From Azolla caroliniana (lineage: Eukaryota; Plantae; Polypodiophyta), in NCBI GenBank assembly GCA_043228905.1, contig JBHGNT010000022.1, forward strand, positions 6,882,001 to 6,946,000: a DNA stretch of 64,000 nt. Reading direction: 5' to 3'. The notes below the pieces were generated by a model. That model saw only the letters and a program-made list of their open reading frames with translations, had not been told where the DNA came from and did no database searches. Made by a program: the position numbers and the translations under genes. How positions within the stretch are numbered: the first letter of the stretch is position 1; each line of letters opens with the position of its first letter. Of the stretch, positions 50,140 through 63,426 are shown piece by piece.

Positions 50140-50661
50140 GGTGGAGATGGAGACGGGGTTTGACTATGTGGAAGCGTGAAGAAGAGTGATGAGGCGAGGG
50201 CGAGACAGAGGAGGAACAACAGGAAGGGGAAGTTCAGCAAAGGGGTTATGAGAGTGAAAGAGGGCTTGAGAGCAAGAACGTTTAGAGCGATGAGAGCGAG
50301 ACGGGGTTTCTGAGCTTGAGAGCGATGGAGATTGGGAGCGATAATGAACTTCTATGTCTGTGCTGCGTTTTGGAAACGGTTTTAGTAACTTACTCCTAGG
50401 GTTTTGTGCCTGAAGCGAATCCTGAAGATTCTGAGTCGTGGGTGCCATAATAAGTGACTAACACCACGTGTCCTGAAGGTAAGTGGGGTACTTCTAGTGC
50501 TTTGCATGTGCTTAAATAGGTACTAAATGAGTGGTGGCGAGGGGTGCTCCTAAATTTGTGGGTGCCTAGGTGGGTGGTGTAGCTGTAGCTAATTGGTGGC
50601 TAAACTATGGTTAATCCTACCTACTACTACTTTTATTAATTTCAAGAAGGTGGGTGAGTCC

Positions 50662-53600
50662 TTATTCAGGGGGACACGTGGCCTCCTCCGTGGTGGTTTC
50701 CCGAAACGGGTTGGGTGGTGTAGTGCCTCGATATGGTCGAAGTCGGAACCCATTGGCCCAGCTTTTGACAGTGTCGCCGGCGAGTGTGCCGAGCTGGAAC
50801 GTCCCGTTGAACTCGTCGATAATCTAGAATGGACCGGTCCACCAAAATCTTAATTTTCCCTGCATAGACCCGAGTCGCGTTTGAAAAAGAAGAACCAATT
50901 TGCCGATGGTGAGCTCCTTTTCCAGCCCGTGTCGATGTCGATCCACGAAAGCCTTGCGTTGCCGTTGGCGTTGTTCGAGCTGGGCCATACTCTCTATCCT
51001 ATCGTCGCCGAGTTCGAGGAGTTGTTCCAGCCGGTATTGCTCGGATTGGGCCTCGGGGAGCCGTGCTGTGATTTGAACTCGGAGGCTCGGGACTTGGAAC
51101 TCGACGGGCATTACGGCTTCTAACCCGAACGCCATTCGAAAGGGGGTTGATTGGATGCTTGTTTTGAAAGTCGTACGATACACCCACAACGCACTCTGGA
51201 GTTTGTCATCCCAATCGGTCCTGTTTTCATTGACAATCTTCTTCAGTATGGTTTGGAGGATTTTATTGGTCGATTCCGCCAAGCCGTTCGCCTGCGGGTA
51301 GTATGGTGTGCTTTTCTTGTGCACCACCACGTAGTGGTGTGTAAGCTCACGTATTATATGATTCATGAAGTGCCCACCTTGATCACTAACGAGCTCAATT
51401 GGGCATCCGTAATGGCACTAGCCGTGGATGCCTCCGTGTTGTCTCGGAGTGCCTTAGCCTCGACCCATTTGGTGCAGTAATCCATGGCAACGATAATATA
51501 CCTATTCCTTGTACGGGCCGCGGGTGGTTTGAAAGGGCCTACAAAATCCAAACCCCATTTTTGAAATGGGTCCAACGGAAGAATCGGCTGGTGTGGCATC
51601 CATGACTGTTCCATTGGTTGCCCCAGTCGTTGGCACAAATCGCACTGCCGGCAAAACTCGTGAGCATCTTTCTTCGTTGTCGGCCACCACAATCCACTTT
51701 GCCAAACTTTCCTTGCCGTGGAATCCCCGGCGTAGTGCCCCCCAGCTACTCCCTGGTGGGCTTCCTGAAGAACGGTGTTCTTCTCGAATTGCCGAATCGC
51801 TCGGCGTCATATGCCGTCCGAGCCTTTGTGGTAGAGAATGTCCGAGACGAGGCAAAAATTCTGGCTACGCACTGCTAGGCGTTTTCTCGTGTCAAGGGGC
51901 ATGTGCTCGAGAGGTACACCGGTAGTGAGAAAATGGGTCATCTCCGTGATCCATTCATCTCCGTTATCGTCTGGTATCGTGGTCAGGTTAAATAGGCTGG
52001 CATCCGGTAGCTCGTCGTATATTGTTTTCGCCGGTTCCCCTGACTCAAGACGGCTCAAGTAGTCGGCGATGGCATGTTGTACCCCGGGTCGATGCTGAAT
52101 CTGGAAATCATACTCTTGTAGTAGGAGCATCCACCGAGCCAACCGTCCGGTAAGGGCTTGTTTATTGACCAAATAAAGAAGGGTCGAGTGATCCATGTGA
52201 AAGGTAAATTTTCGGCCCAAGAGGTAATGCCGAAATTTAGTGATGCTATAAATCATACCGAGGGCCTCCCGCTCGGTAGTGGAGTAATTATTTTCCGTAG
52301 TCTGATAGGCCGTGTCCTCGATTGACGTCCATTGGAAGGGAAGGTGATGGACTGCCGCGTGTAAAGGTGTCGCGAAATCGGCCAGGTGTCGTATCATTCG
52401 GCTGTGCTACCGGATCTGTCCCAAAAAACGGCTTAGTGCCTTAGCGTTGGAGGGTGCGGTGGCGGTCAGGATTGCCTTTACTTTATCCGGGTCCATAGAG
52501 ATGCCTTCTTGACTGACAATGTGGCCGATAAGGTTGCCGTTGGTGACTAAGAACGCGCATTTCGCCGGGTTTAAACTCAATCGAGCTTGGCGACATCGGT
52601 CTAGGCAGAGTTGTAACTGGGTCATGTGTTCCCGTTGATGGCCATACACGGTGAAATCGTCGAGAAAGACTTGCATGAGCGCCGGGATGTAGTCATGAAA
52701 GATTTCGGTGATGATGCGCTGGAACGTAGCCGGCGCCGTTTTTAGACCGAACATCATTACTTCTGCTACAAAAACACCCCATTCCGTGACGAAAGCGGTT
52801 TTCTCCTGATCCTCCGGGTGCATTCTTATCTGGTTATAGCCGCTGAACCCGTCGAGGAAACTGTAGCATTTGTGGCCGGCTACCGTGTCAAGGACGCTGT
52901 TCATGAATGGGAGAGGGAAACCGTCGGTGATTGCTGCCGCGTTAAGCTTCCGATAGTCGACGCAGACGCGGATTTTTCCGTTCTTCTTTGGGACCACTAC
53001 GATCGGGCTCAACCACGTGGCCCGTTTAACAGGGCGAATGAAGCCCACTCGGAGTAGTTTGTCGATTTCCTCTTTGACTTTAGCGGCGTAGTTGGGGTTC
53101 ATCCTGTAGCGCCTTTGCTGAACCGGTCGAGTATCGGGTAAGATGTGAATTTGATGTTGGTAGTATTGCGGATCCAGCCCCTTTATATCGGTCTAAGACC
53201 AAGCAAAAACATCCTGGTAGTCGGTGAGCAATCTTACGAGGCATGCCCGTTCTCCGGTTGGTAGATTATTGGCAATTTGTAACGTACGGGGATTCTCGTC
53301 CGAACCGAGGTTTATTGTTTCCAGGGTTGATGCTTTCACTTGTTGTGAAATGGCGAGTTCGCGTTCGAAAGCCTCCTGAGCATGACGTAGCTCGGCAACT
53401 GTGGTTGGATCTGGTTCATCTTGGGGTGGTGACTCCTCCGTGACTTCCTCGTCTTTAGATGGCTCGATGGTTGGTAAGGCATTCATTTCGAAGAGAGGGA
53501 TGATTGTGGGATGATCATCTAGGAAGTCATCAACCTCCTCATCGGCCAAACCATCAAGCATATGGACCCCTTCCACGTATAACGGCGAAGTGTTGAGGGC

Positions 53601-55830
53601 GACGGGGACTCGTTCTTCAGTGATGATTCGGACTTTTGTCTTGCCTCTTCGGAACGAGATCATGTTGCATTGCCAATGTTGCTTGATATTCGCTATATGC
53701 AACCATGGTCGACCTAGTAACATTGGGTAGGCGCCTTGTGTCTCCAGTCTTAGCACGACGGCTGAGATTGTGAACATGTGGCCTCCGAGTGTGAAGTTGA
53801 GATGGCGGATTAACCCAATGGGGCGAACGGAGCGGGTGTCCGCCATCCGAAGCCAAAAGGGGCATGGTTCCCATTGATCCAGGCCGAGGTTGAGACACGT
53901 TGACTCGCTAATAACGTTTACGCCGGATCCGCCGTCGATGATGCATCCGTGCAGGTCTTGTCCCTTAATGATGATTCGCACGGCTGGGTTCTGAGAATCC
54001 ATGAGTGGTGGACTGGTTCCTGCTTCGGTGAGGTGTACCAGTGGCGTCACGGGCTTAGTATTGGCCTAGAGTGCCGCCAGGGTGTCCTGAAATCTCGGCA
54101 TGAGTGGTAACAGTTTATGTAGGGGCAGCGAGATGCGGGAGTTGGTAAGAACATCCCATAGCTGGTCGTCCTCCGACGACGTGGATCTCTTATGTCAGTT
54201 TGCATGTGTACGACATTATTTTTATTGGCCGTGTCGATCCATTCTTTTGCTACCTTATGAACTTCATCTTGGATTTGCCACTGAGTAGTCTGCGCTTTAC
54301 TCCGGGTAGTGACCGTTTGAACATCAGCCATGATACTGTTCACCGCGGGTGCCTTGCCACGATTGGTTGTTGGACATTGCGTGGCGTAGTGGCTTGGTTG
54401 GTTACATTTAAAACATGTCACGTTGGCCGAGCTGCTGGTGTCCGCTCGGTCTGTGTGTGGAAGCTGTTGTTGTTGATTCTTAGTCTCGTTTGGTGGTGGG
54501 TTGTTCCAAGGTGCGTTGGAGTTGCGCTGGTCATTTTGAGGAGCGTCCCGTCGACGGTTTTCATTAGGTCTTCTATTGTTGCGTGTGTTGCGGTTGTCGT
54601 TTCGCCGATCAATGCGTGAGTTCCGTCGGTCATACTGGTCATCGCGATCGTCATCATATCGAGCATAATCATCGTGCCGGTCATCGCGATAATGATAACG
54701 ACGGTCATCATGTCGGTAGTCGTCGTCTCGGCGCCGTCGATCCGGGGATCTCGGTCGGTCGTTATCCTGGTCTCGGTAGACATATCGCTTGTCCTGCCAA
54801 GAGTATGTATTTCGTGGCTCAATCTGGCAGACCGGTGCCGCCGTTGTGCAGTTCAACATATTATATTCGCACTGCTTGACCGTGTGAGCTCGAGACTAAC
54901 AGATCGGACACTGTGGTCGGTGGGGACATTCAAGGGCCAGGTGCCCTGATCCTGAACACGCCGTGCATTGGAGGGCCTGGCGAAAGCGATTGTCCTCTTG
55001 GGGAAGAGCTTTTTGCAAGGATGTCATCGAGAAGGCCGCGCCGCGCCGGGTCCGATCGAGGGCGAGAACGCGCGTTATGACTTGTTTGATAGTATGGTTG
55101 GCGAAATTTGTAAGTGTGAGAGTCGTTCGGAGAGGCTCTTGTAAACTGGATAGGAAAGTGTCTGGTATATGTTGTGCCGATACATCATCGGCCACTTGTC
55201 TGTAGAGATCCTGGAACCGGATCGTGAACTGCGCGACCGTTTCGTGCGGTTCTTGGCATATAGAGAAGAATTGCCGGAGCAGTTCCCGTTTAGGCACCTC
55301 GCGATGAAAAAGTTCAAGGAACTTTGTGCGCACGATCTGGAAAGTGGTGGCCTCTCCTATTTCGAGGCGAGAGTACCATCGTGTGGCCGGTCCATCGAGG
55401 GAGAGTGTGAACTCGGCAATTTTTGAGGCATCAATTTCGGCTGGCGTAAGGCGGTGCGTTGAGTGGTTGGCCTACCATGTGGATATGAAGGAACATATGT
55501 GTGACTCTGCGTCTGGTCCGTTGGTGTATCGTGGGTATGGGTACGACATGATGTCGTACTGTGGGTCTTTTGGTAGCACCGGAAAAGGGTTTAGTTCCGG
55601 TTGATTGACCTCCGGAGGGCTCGAGGGGGGTTTTGGTGGTGAATCAACTTGCGATCGAGTGTCCAGTGGCGAGGATTGCACTGGGGAAGCCTCCGATTGC
55701 TCGGGAAAGGATTGGTCAGTGACTGCCGAGTCGGAAGTTCCTTCGACTGGCTCAGGGCGTCGGGTGGCTGGCCGAGACCTCGTGGTGCGAGAGGGCGCCG
55801 TAATAGCGGCTGGTGGTTACCTTCAACGAA
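50662..55830 (-). pseudogene. gag-pol of D, degenerate (start approximate)
   Basis: Gag 54047-55681; PR IIDGGSGVNVI; RT 52407-53102 (VFLDD); RH 51807-52397; INT 50824-51692. Confidence 0.9.
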
Positions 55831-55872
55831 GTCTGCTGTGCACTCACAGCTGTAACCAAGCGTGCCAAATTG

Positions 55873-56330
55873 TGTTACCCGTTCCTTTGGGTGAACACCT
55901 TCGATAGATCTGCGGCTATCGGTATTCAAGGGCGTGGTACGTGAAGGCTCGTAACATAGGTGTCGAGAGAGAGACAGTGCTCAGAGAGAAAACACTAGCG
56001 AGGTCTTGACAGGCGTGGGCGGCGCTGAAATCATAGGTATGAATCAAAGCACAGACACATGGAACAAACTGGGCACAATTCAGATATACTACCGCGACAG
56101 AAAAAGATTACAGAACACGGCCTACGAGCGGTGACCTTACAAGATTATCTAGTTACGAGGGACTCAACTAGTGCTTCCGCCTATATTTTTCTTTTCTCCT
56201 TCCTCTGAGGTACTGGTCCTCGTTTAAATAGCTTTTCCCCTAATACACAGCCGAGCCGTCGGTGGCCCGTGATACTCGGACTCGGCGTTTGCTAATTTCC
56301 TAATTTTACATTTGTGTCCTCTGGACAACA
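55873..56330 (-). repeat. 5' LTR of D, followed on the minus strand by CAATT-TGGCACGC (short PBS, 55860-55867)
   Basis: Direct repeat of 35751-36208. Confidence 0.92.
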
Positions 56331-56335
56331 ATAGG

Positions 56336-58084
56336 GCCATTGAAGCAACCGTTGGCACGATAGGCTGGTTCGGTGGAAAGGACGCCACGAGCTATTTGGA
56401 GGCCTACCAAGCCGAAATGGTGATGAGGGACATTCCGGTGGATAGGCGACTGGCCGGATTCCCTCGGGTGGCAAAGCCGAGCATCCATGTGGAGGTGCTC
56501 GAGGTACGGGCTGAGAGCTGGACCTGGGAAGAGTTTGAAGGTCGGCTCCTTGAGAAATACGGGCTTGATGACACGCTTCGGCTATCGAAGCGGGACTTCA
56601 TGGAATGGGTCGAGACCCCCGAAAAGGGGAGAAACGCGTTGGTGCTCCTCCGAGAGTTTGAAGAATGCTTCACACATCTTTTGGCGCTGGACTAGACCGT
56701 ACTAGACACAAGTTGTGTCCTATTGTTTGTTAAATCGGTGGACGTGAGGGACCGGGAGCAAGTGGGCCTCTTGTTGGAGACCGACAACGGGCTGACGGCC
56801 GACTAGGCCGTGGTGAAGAGAGTCTGCGGCCGTTTCGACAAACGGTAAGATTAGGTCGATAAAGGCTCGGCGGGGGCATGCTCTGTTGCGGCAAGGAAGC
56901 TCGAGGTACCCCCACCGGTGCGAAGGGAGGAGAACTGAGACTGGCTCGAGACCGGCTCCACTTCGACCGACGTGGTCAAAGGCCCATTCGGAGGAGCGGC
57001 TCTGGAGGAGCTGACTCAGATGGTGAGGGACCTCCAGATTGCATAGGCATGGAGGGACGACGGCGAACAAGCCCGTGACCGAAGGCCTCCGGCTGGGCAT
57101 CGATGCTTGTGGTGTGACGCGGTCGGCCACGCCTGGAAGGACTGCGGGGATTTCGCCAAAGCGATAAGGTCTAACGTGGTGTACCTGTGGAACAGGCGGG
57201 TACACGCTAGAGAAACCCGGAGGGCCCTGGATTTGAACGTCGGACGATGGGGGATGAAACGGCTGATGGAGGAAGCGGTGGCTCGCCATACAGAGACTAT
57301 CCACTACTCGGCATCGGCAGGAATCCGGGTTGGGAGTGATCAAGTCCGAAAAACGAAGGACTCTCAGTTCTTGCCGTTGATGCTAGAGGGCCTCGCCGGC
57401 GTATGATTGAGGAAAGAGGAAGCGGACCATGCGGAAAGACGGGTCCGGTAGGTAACTGGGTGGAGTGACCCGGTCGAAGAAAAGACGGGCTCCGTAGAAG
57501 CCGCGTGCCAGAACTACGAAGTTGGACCCTCACAACGCTATGAGACCCAATTCGGGCTGAGGCAGAATGACGCCGGTGCACCCGACACACCTAGAAGAGT
57601 TGGCGGAAAGCCACTATTCGAGGCTACATTGGCCTAGAGCCACTACGGAGACACCCGTTAAGATCAGAGATGTCCAGGAGCCGGTGGTGGCGTTGGTAGA
57701 CCATGGTTCGGAAATCAACCTGATGTCCATGGACTTTTACAAGAAGGCAAGTGGCCGATTAACACCAAGCACAGGTGGAAAATACGAGCGGCGATGCGCG
57801 CCACGGAGGAGCTACACGGAGCCTGCCCGAATGTACGAGTGAAAATCGGTGATGTCGAGATCGATCAACGCTTTTTTGTGTAGGAGACATCCTCGCATCC
57901 GGTGATACTTGGGGAGCCGTACATCACAACGGCACGAATGGAGACGAAGGTGCTGGACAACGGTTCGGCGTACGAGCAAGTCAAGAGCCAGGACGAGCGT
58001 CACTCCATCTAGTTTCTGACGGTATGACCAAACCATGAACGGAATCGAGAGACCCTCGACGGCGAAAGCCGAGGGGATTTTTAG
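56336..58084 (+). pseudogene. gag-protease of C (N-terminus at 35664-35750)
   Basis: Frame joins across the TSD: GALDR|AIEATVG; CLWCDAVGHAWKDC; LVDHGSEINLM; ILGEPY; ends GDF*. Confidence 0.82.
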
Positions 58085-58100
58085 AGAGGGCTATCAAGGC

Positions 58101-58843
58101 TGACAGGAACTACACGCTCCCTATGCGCAACGCTTGGCCACAACCGAGCTTAGAATCATACACAGAAAAACGGGGAATGGAACGCACGACACAGTGAAGA
58201 GAAGAGTACACAAGATGTTTACATGGAAAACCCAAACTAGGGAAAAAACCACGGCAACCCGCAGACTACAAACTATCACTATATCACAATGGTTACAACA
58301 GTGAGCTCACGGAGGCAACGACCTCGCGCTCACGATCTTCGCCACAAGCGGCGGTTACAACAGAGGCAACGACCTCTTCCTCTCTCTCTCTATCTGTACA
58401 CTGTTACGTGCTCTCTAATCTTACGCCAACAAGAATAACAACAACACACTATCCTAAGTTTTCCCTAAGTCATATTTATACTAATATGACTTTTCGGCTA
58501 TTTACAAATATAGCCCCGATGGCCTCTCAGGAAACATATTTACGAATATGTCCCTTCATCCGGTGAGCACTTCTCACTGGGCCTTCACCATCCGGCTCTT
58601 GCCGGGTACTCATCCGGTTCTCACCGGGTCTTCACCATTTGGCTCTTGCCGGGTACTCCTCATCTGGTTCTCACTGGTTCTTCCGTAGCTGGGTACTCCT
58701 CGTCCGGTTCTCACCAGGTCTTCCGTAGCTGGGTACTCCTCGTCCGGTTCTCACCGGGTCTTCCGTAGCCGGGTACTCCTTGTCCGGTTTCGGCCTCGAC
58801 TTGTTCTTCTCACTTCCCATCCGGAGGAACCTGTCTCCTAACA
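58101..58843 (-). mobile_element. Copia-like solo LTR (743 bp), TSD AAGGC
   Basis: TG..CA termini; AAGGC at 58096-58100 and 58844-58848; minus-strand CCGTGGTTTTTTCCC..GGGTTTTCC motif and TATAAATA; internal ~39-bp tandem array at 58560-58790. Confidence 0.85.
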
Positions 58844-58848
58844 AAGGC

Positions 58849-61800
58849 GTGGGGTCGTGATAGTCCGGACACCCCGAGAAAACCCCACACGCATGTAGAG
58901 TAGGGAAGAAAACTTACATACCATAGGTAGGAGGTTTTGGTTCTCCGATAGCGGAGGTTGTACTATAACCGACATCGTTGGCCGAGAGAAGAAGCAGGCA
59001 AAAGAGCGACTCAGGGCATGCGGAATCCTCCACCCCGGAGAGGAAATCAACGGAGCTGTGGAGGCGGTCTCCTTCGACGACACCTTGGGGAAGCTACGAG
59101 AGGTTTTCGGAAAGGGCCTTAGTGAAGACCGGACGATTCCGGTATATTCGAAAAAGATGTATGAAGTCATCGCCGACTTCGGTAGAGGACTCGAGTCAGA
59201 TCGGACGACCGAAGAGGATACGAAGTACAAGATTGTGGACCGGAAGGTGAGGCCAGTCGTGGCACCCTTGCCGGAGGGCAGCGAGTTACGGATGAAAGGG
59301 GTCGCATCAGACCCAAGTTTAGGAGATCCGGCCGGCGTAGGACACTAATTCACCAACATAACGCTACGAGAGCTCAAGGTCGGTGGGGGTGGCTTTCTAC
59401 TGCTGGCGGAGGAGGACCGGTTTCGGGGAATGCTCGGGAGGCACGGAAAGGCCTTCGCATTCTTGCCGGAGGAGATCGGGTGCGTAGACACGACGATTGT
59501 GGAACCGATGGTGATCTTCACGGTACCACATGTACCGTGGAATCTCAAACCGATTCCAGTACTCAGAGCTCACATCCCGAAGCTGATGGAGCTGCTGAAA
59601 CAGAATGTGGATATGGGCATCCTCGAACCGTCGAGTGCCCCGTATTCTAATCGGTGGTTTACTGTGCCCAAGAAGAACGGTACGCTATGCTTCATTCAGG
59701 ATCTGTAGCCGGTCAACAAGGTGACCATTCGGAATGCAGGAATCAGACCGACCATAGACGAGTTCGCGGAGGCCTTCGCCGGAAGGTCAATTTACTCGGT
59801 CAGTGATCTATACTCGGGATACGATCAGTTCCAGCTAGCCGTGGAGAGCAGGGACATTACGACGATGCGGACTCCCCTCGGCCTAGTATCGATGTGAACC
59901 CTTCCGCAAGGAGGGACGAACTCAGTAGCCCACATGGTGAACGCAATGAACAAGGTGCTAAGGGATTGTATCCCGGACATCACCATGCCCTTCTTAGATG
60001 ACATCCTGATAAAAGGATGCCTAGTGGAGGATAAGGATGAGACAATCGGACCGGACGGATGCCGGAAATTCGTGGCGAATCACGTCGATGACTGCGAGAA
60101 GGTGTTGCAAAGACTAGAGGGCACGAGCTCACCTTCTTTGGGGAAAAATCGGCCTTCGGGCAATCGAAGATCATGGTCGTCGGACACCTATGCGGGCCAT
60201 TCCATCGGAAACCATCGCCGGCCAAGGTAGAGGCCATCTCCGTGATGAAGCGCGACTGCAATTCGGTCACTGAAGTCCGAAGATTCTTGGGAGAATGTGT
60301 GTTCTACCATATCTGGATCCCGCATTATGCCCACGTCGCGGAGCCGCTCTATGGATTGCTGAAGAAAGGGCATAAATTCGAGTGGAGAGAGGAGCATACG
60401 GAGTCGGTCTGGAAAATGAAAGGAGCACTTGCTCCGGCACCTGCACTCTGGAAAGCGGGCTACGGTAAAGACATTCCGATTTACGTGACCGTAGACACGA
60501 GTCCGACCGGAATCGGATGGGTGATCAACTAGGAGGATGAGAATGGCACGAGGTTCCCCATCCGGTTCGGCGTGAAAGTCCTCAGTGAACGACAACGAGG
60601 GTACGCCCAGGTTAAACGCAAACTCTAGGGTATCGTTTCGGCGGTCAAGGCCGACAAAGACTACCTGATCGGGATGGAGGTGATAATTGAGACGGACTGC
60701 CTGTCGATTCTCAGGTGGATAGCGTACGTCAAGTCCCTGAATTCGGAAATACGACACATTTCCGGAAAGGACAACGCCGTGACCGACATGCTTTCGAGGG
60801 CGAGATTCGATGATGAGGACGGCATGGTTTCGGAGGACGAAGAAGTCGACGTGGACTTCTTCGAGACAACTTACGTAACAACAAGGAAGGTGAGCACTCC
60901 AGCGCTTAATGAGTTCGACGAGAGCAAGTACGATGGGGAGTGGCTCCAGATCGACGGGTTCCTGAAGACAATGACACCGGACGTGGCATGAACGAAGGAA
61001 GAGACCAACCGGATTCGGAAGAAAGCGTACCGATTCTTCCTACAGGATGGGTGCATATGGAAGCACCCGAAGAAGAGAAATGACATTCCGCTCCGGGTTG
61101 TGGCGAAGAAAGAGGAACAGTTGGAATTGTTGACGGCGTACCACGAGAGTCCCTAGGCCGGACACCGTGGGATGTGGGCCACATTCGAGAAATTGAAGGG
61201 GAATTACTGGTGTCTGGGACAATACCGGGACATGCATCGGTTCGTGACGGCTTGCGAAAGTTGTCAAATGCACTCCATAGTCCGACATCGGGACGAGCTC
61301 CACCCGACCTACCCTCCGATCGTCCACTTCAAGTGGATGGTTGATCTGGTGACGATGCCGATGGGGGTAGGGCAGATGCGATATCTAGTGCTGGCTCGAG
61401 AGGACTTGACGAACCAGGTGGAAGGCCGAGTGTTGCCGAACAAAACGATCGCGGCCGTGTGCCGATTTTTGATCGAAGAAGTGGTATGCCGGTATAGGTG
61501 CATAGGAAAGATCATAGCCGACAGCGGAGAACTGGACGCACAAGAGGCAGAAGAGTTGTTTGACCGGCTAGGGGTTAAACTCTTGCTCACCACGGCGTAC
61601 AATCCAGACATGAACGGGAAGGTGGAACGCGGACACGAGTCGATCATCAAAGCGTTAGTGCGGGCATGTGGAGGCCAAGTCGGAAACTGGCCGCGGCTCT
61701 TACCCTATGCGTTGTGGGCCGACCGAACTATACACAGTTTGGTAATCGGGTTCATGTCGGCGGAGGTAATGTACGGGCAGAAGCCGGTCATGCCATTCGA

Positions 61801-62278
61801 GCGAACGATCTCCTCATGGGCCACGGTGGGCTGGAGAGACGAGATGAGCCGGGAGGAGCTGTTGTCAGCGCGGATCTGACAACTCGAGCGGAGACCAGAG
61901 GATGTGGAACAAGCCGCGGAAAAACTGCGGGCTGTGAGGATAAAGAACAAGGGACGATTCGACTGGACTCACCGACTAAGGCCGACGAAAATCGAGGAAG
62001 GCAATTGGGTTCTGTTATATGACAACAGCCTCGACAACCAGCACAAGGCGATGCGGAAGTTCGCAAGGAGGTGGTTCGGGCCTTACCTGGTGACAAGCGG
62101 CAACGACAACGGGACCTACCATCTCACGGACCTTGACGGGATGAGGATGACAGTGCCGGTGGCCGGGAAAAGGATCAAAGCGTTCAAAAAGCAGCACGAG
62201 GATGAACCGGACCCGGGCGGCTTGGATAGCGAGGACGACCGGTTCGGAGTGAATGGTGATCCTGAGGATGAAGGGTAA
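58849..62278 (+). pseudogene. RT-RNase H-integrase of C
   Basis: KYKIVDRKVRPV, PYSNRWFTVPKKNG, PFLDD, VDTSPTGIG, GHRG..CESCQ, NGKVERGH, WFGPY; no chromodomain. Confidence 0.9.
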
Positions 62279-62351
62279 GCGCAGGCTGGTCTTCTCTGAC
62301 AAGAGTCTATTTTGGCGCATACCGGTGGATGCGCGGTTAGGTGGGGGCGGA

Positions 62352-63005
62352 TGTCGTGGAGAAAACCGTTCCTAGGTAGAACCGGAGAATAATGTGCACG
62401 AACCGGCCCTTACACGTGGGCACAAGTTTTGTTGTAATATATATATTTAGGTACAAGTCAGCAGATGTGAATATCCTAGGTAACACACATTTGTTAGGTA
62501 GAAAATCGAGGCATATCTTTGTCTGAAAGGACAGAGAATAAAGATGATGTAACGGGTTGTGACGGCCTCCCTCCTTGGGCTATAAAAGAGAGGGAGAGGA
62601 ATCGTAATGGGGATCTCTTTTGTTGAGGACGAAGTGCTATCGGACTGGGACCAGGCTCTTCTCCTTCGTCTTTCTCTGTATTTGCTCTGTGGAGGTTTTC
62701 GGGAGGCTGACTCTGCTCCGCGGAACACCCGAGTGCTTCCGACCGAGTCTCAATCTCGTGTATGTGCGTGTAGGCGTCAGAGCTTGTCGCTCACCGGCCC
62801 GCCGGTTGTAACCCCTTTTATCTGATATATATATACATACACATACACACATTCATCTTGCTTCAATCAGTTGCGTTTTTGTGTATTTGTGCGTCTGCGA
62901 AGCACGGCCATTGTCTTTCTTGCTCCCCGCCTGCTCTCTTGTTCCTCGGACCAAGACCCCCGCGGTCCCGCCTCGTTCTACACGCACGTGCGTAATAACG
63001 CGACA
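62352..63005 (+). repeat. 3' LTR of C; PPT GGTTAGGTGGGGGCGGA at 62335-62351
   Basis: Direct repeat of 34964-35619. Confidence 0.92.
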
Positions 63006-63426
63006 ACGTGTAGTTGGTTGATGGAAGAGTGCAATGCACTAACAGAATGATTCACTCACTAGTAATTTTACATTAATAATTTGTAGACAAAGTAGATTTC
63101 CATGCAATTAATGTTTATGCCCCTAATTGTTAAGTGTTTTCAATCCATAACAAGAACCATGAAGAAATTGGCACCAAAAATGTAAATAAAGCTCAAGGAG
63201 ATATTAGAAAAAGGGGGTAGAGTAAATCTCACTAAAAAGCTTGTCATCAAATGGCCACCCTAATGTGAAAGGAACCCAATTTCATTGTAAAAAGCTATAA
63301 AAGTGATTCTTTAGTAGCTCTTTAGCCTCCTTGGGTTCTGTCCTTTCACTTAGTTATATTAGAGCTCTAGAGCTCTAAATCTTTCATCTCAAACTTCCAT
63401 TTGAGCTTAAGCGTGGTTAAGGTTAA

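Larger units (their letters stand above)
35751..56330 (-). mobile_element. Ty3/gypsy element D (lineage of B/E/G, different family), inserted in gag of C, no PPT
   Basis: 458-bp LTRs at 35751-36208 and 55873-56330; TSD ATAGG at 35746-35750 and 56331-56335; gag-pol and ORF3 on the minus strand. Confidence 0.93.
34964..63005 (+). mobile_element. Non-chromoviral Ty3/gypsy element C, full-length shell carrying D, E and two solo LTRs
   Basis: LTRs 34964-35619 and 62352-63005 (TGTCG..GACA); 4-bp TSD ACAT/ACGT; PBS 35624-35641; PPT 62335-62351; PR LVDHGSEINL; RT LPQGGTNSV and PFLDD; INT KWMVDLV and WFGPY. Confidence 0.92.

Noticed and set aside
58560-58795. CRISPR-like array
   Set aside because: Head-to-tail tandem repeats without unique spacers, in a eukaryotic LTR.
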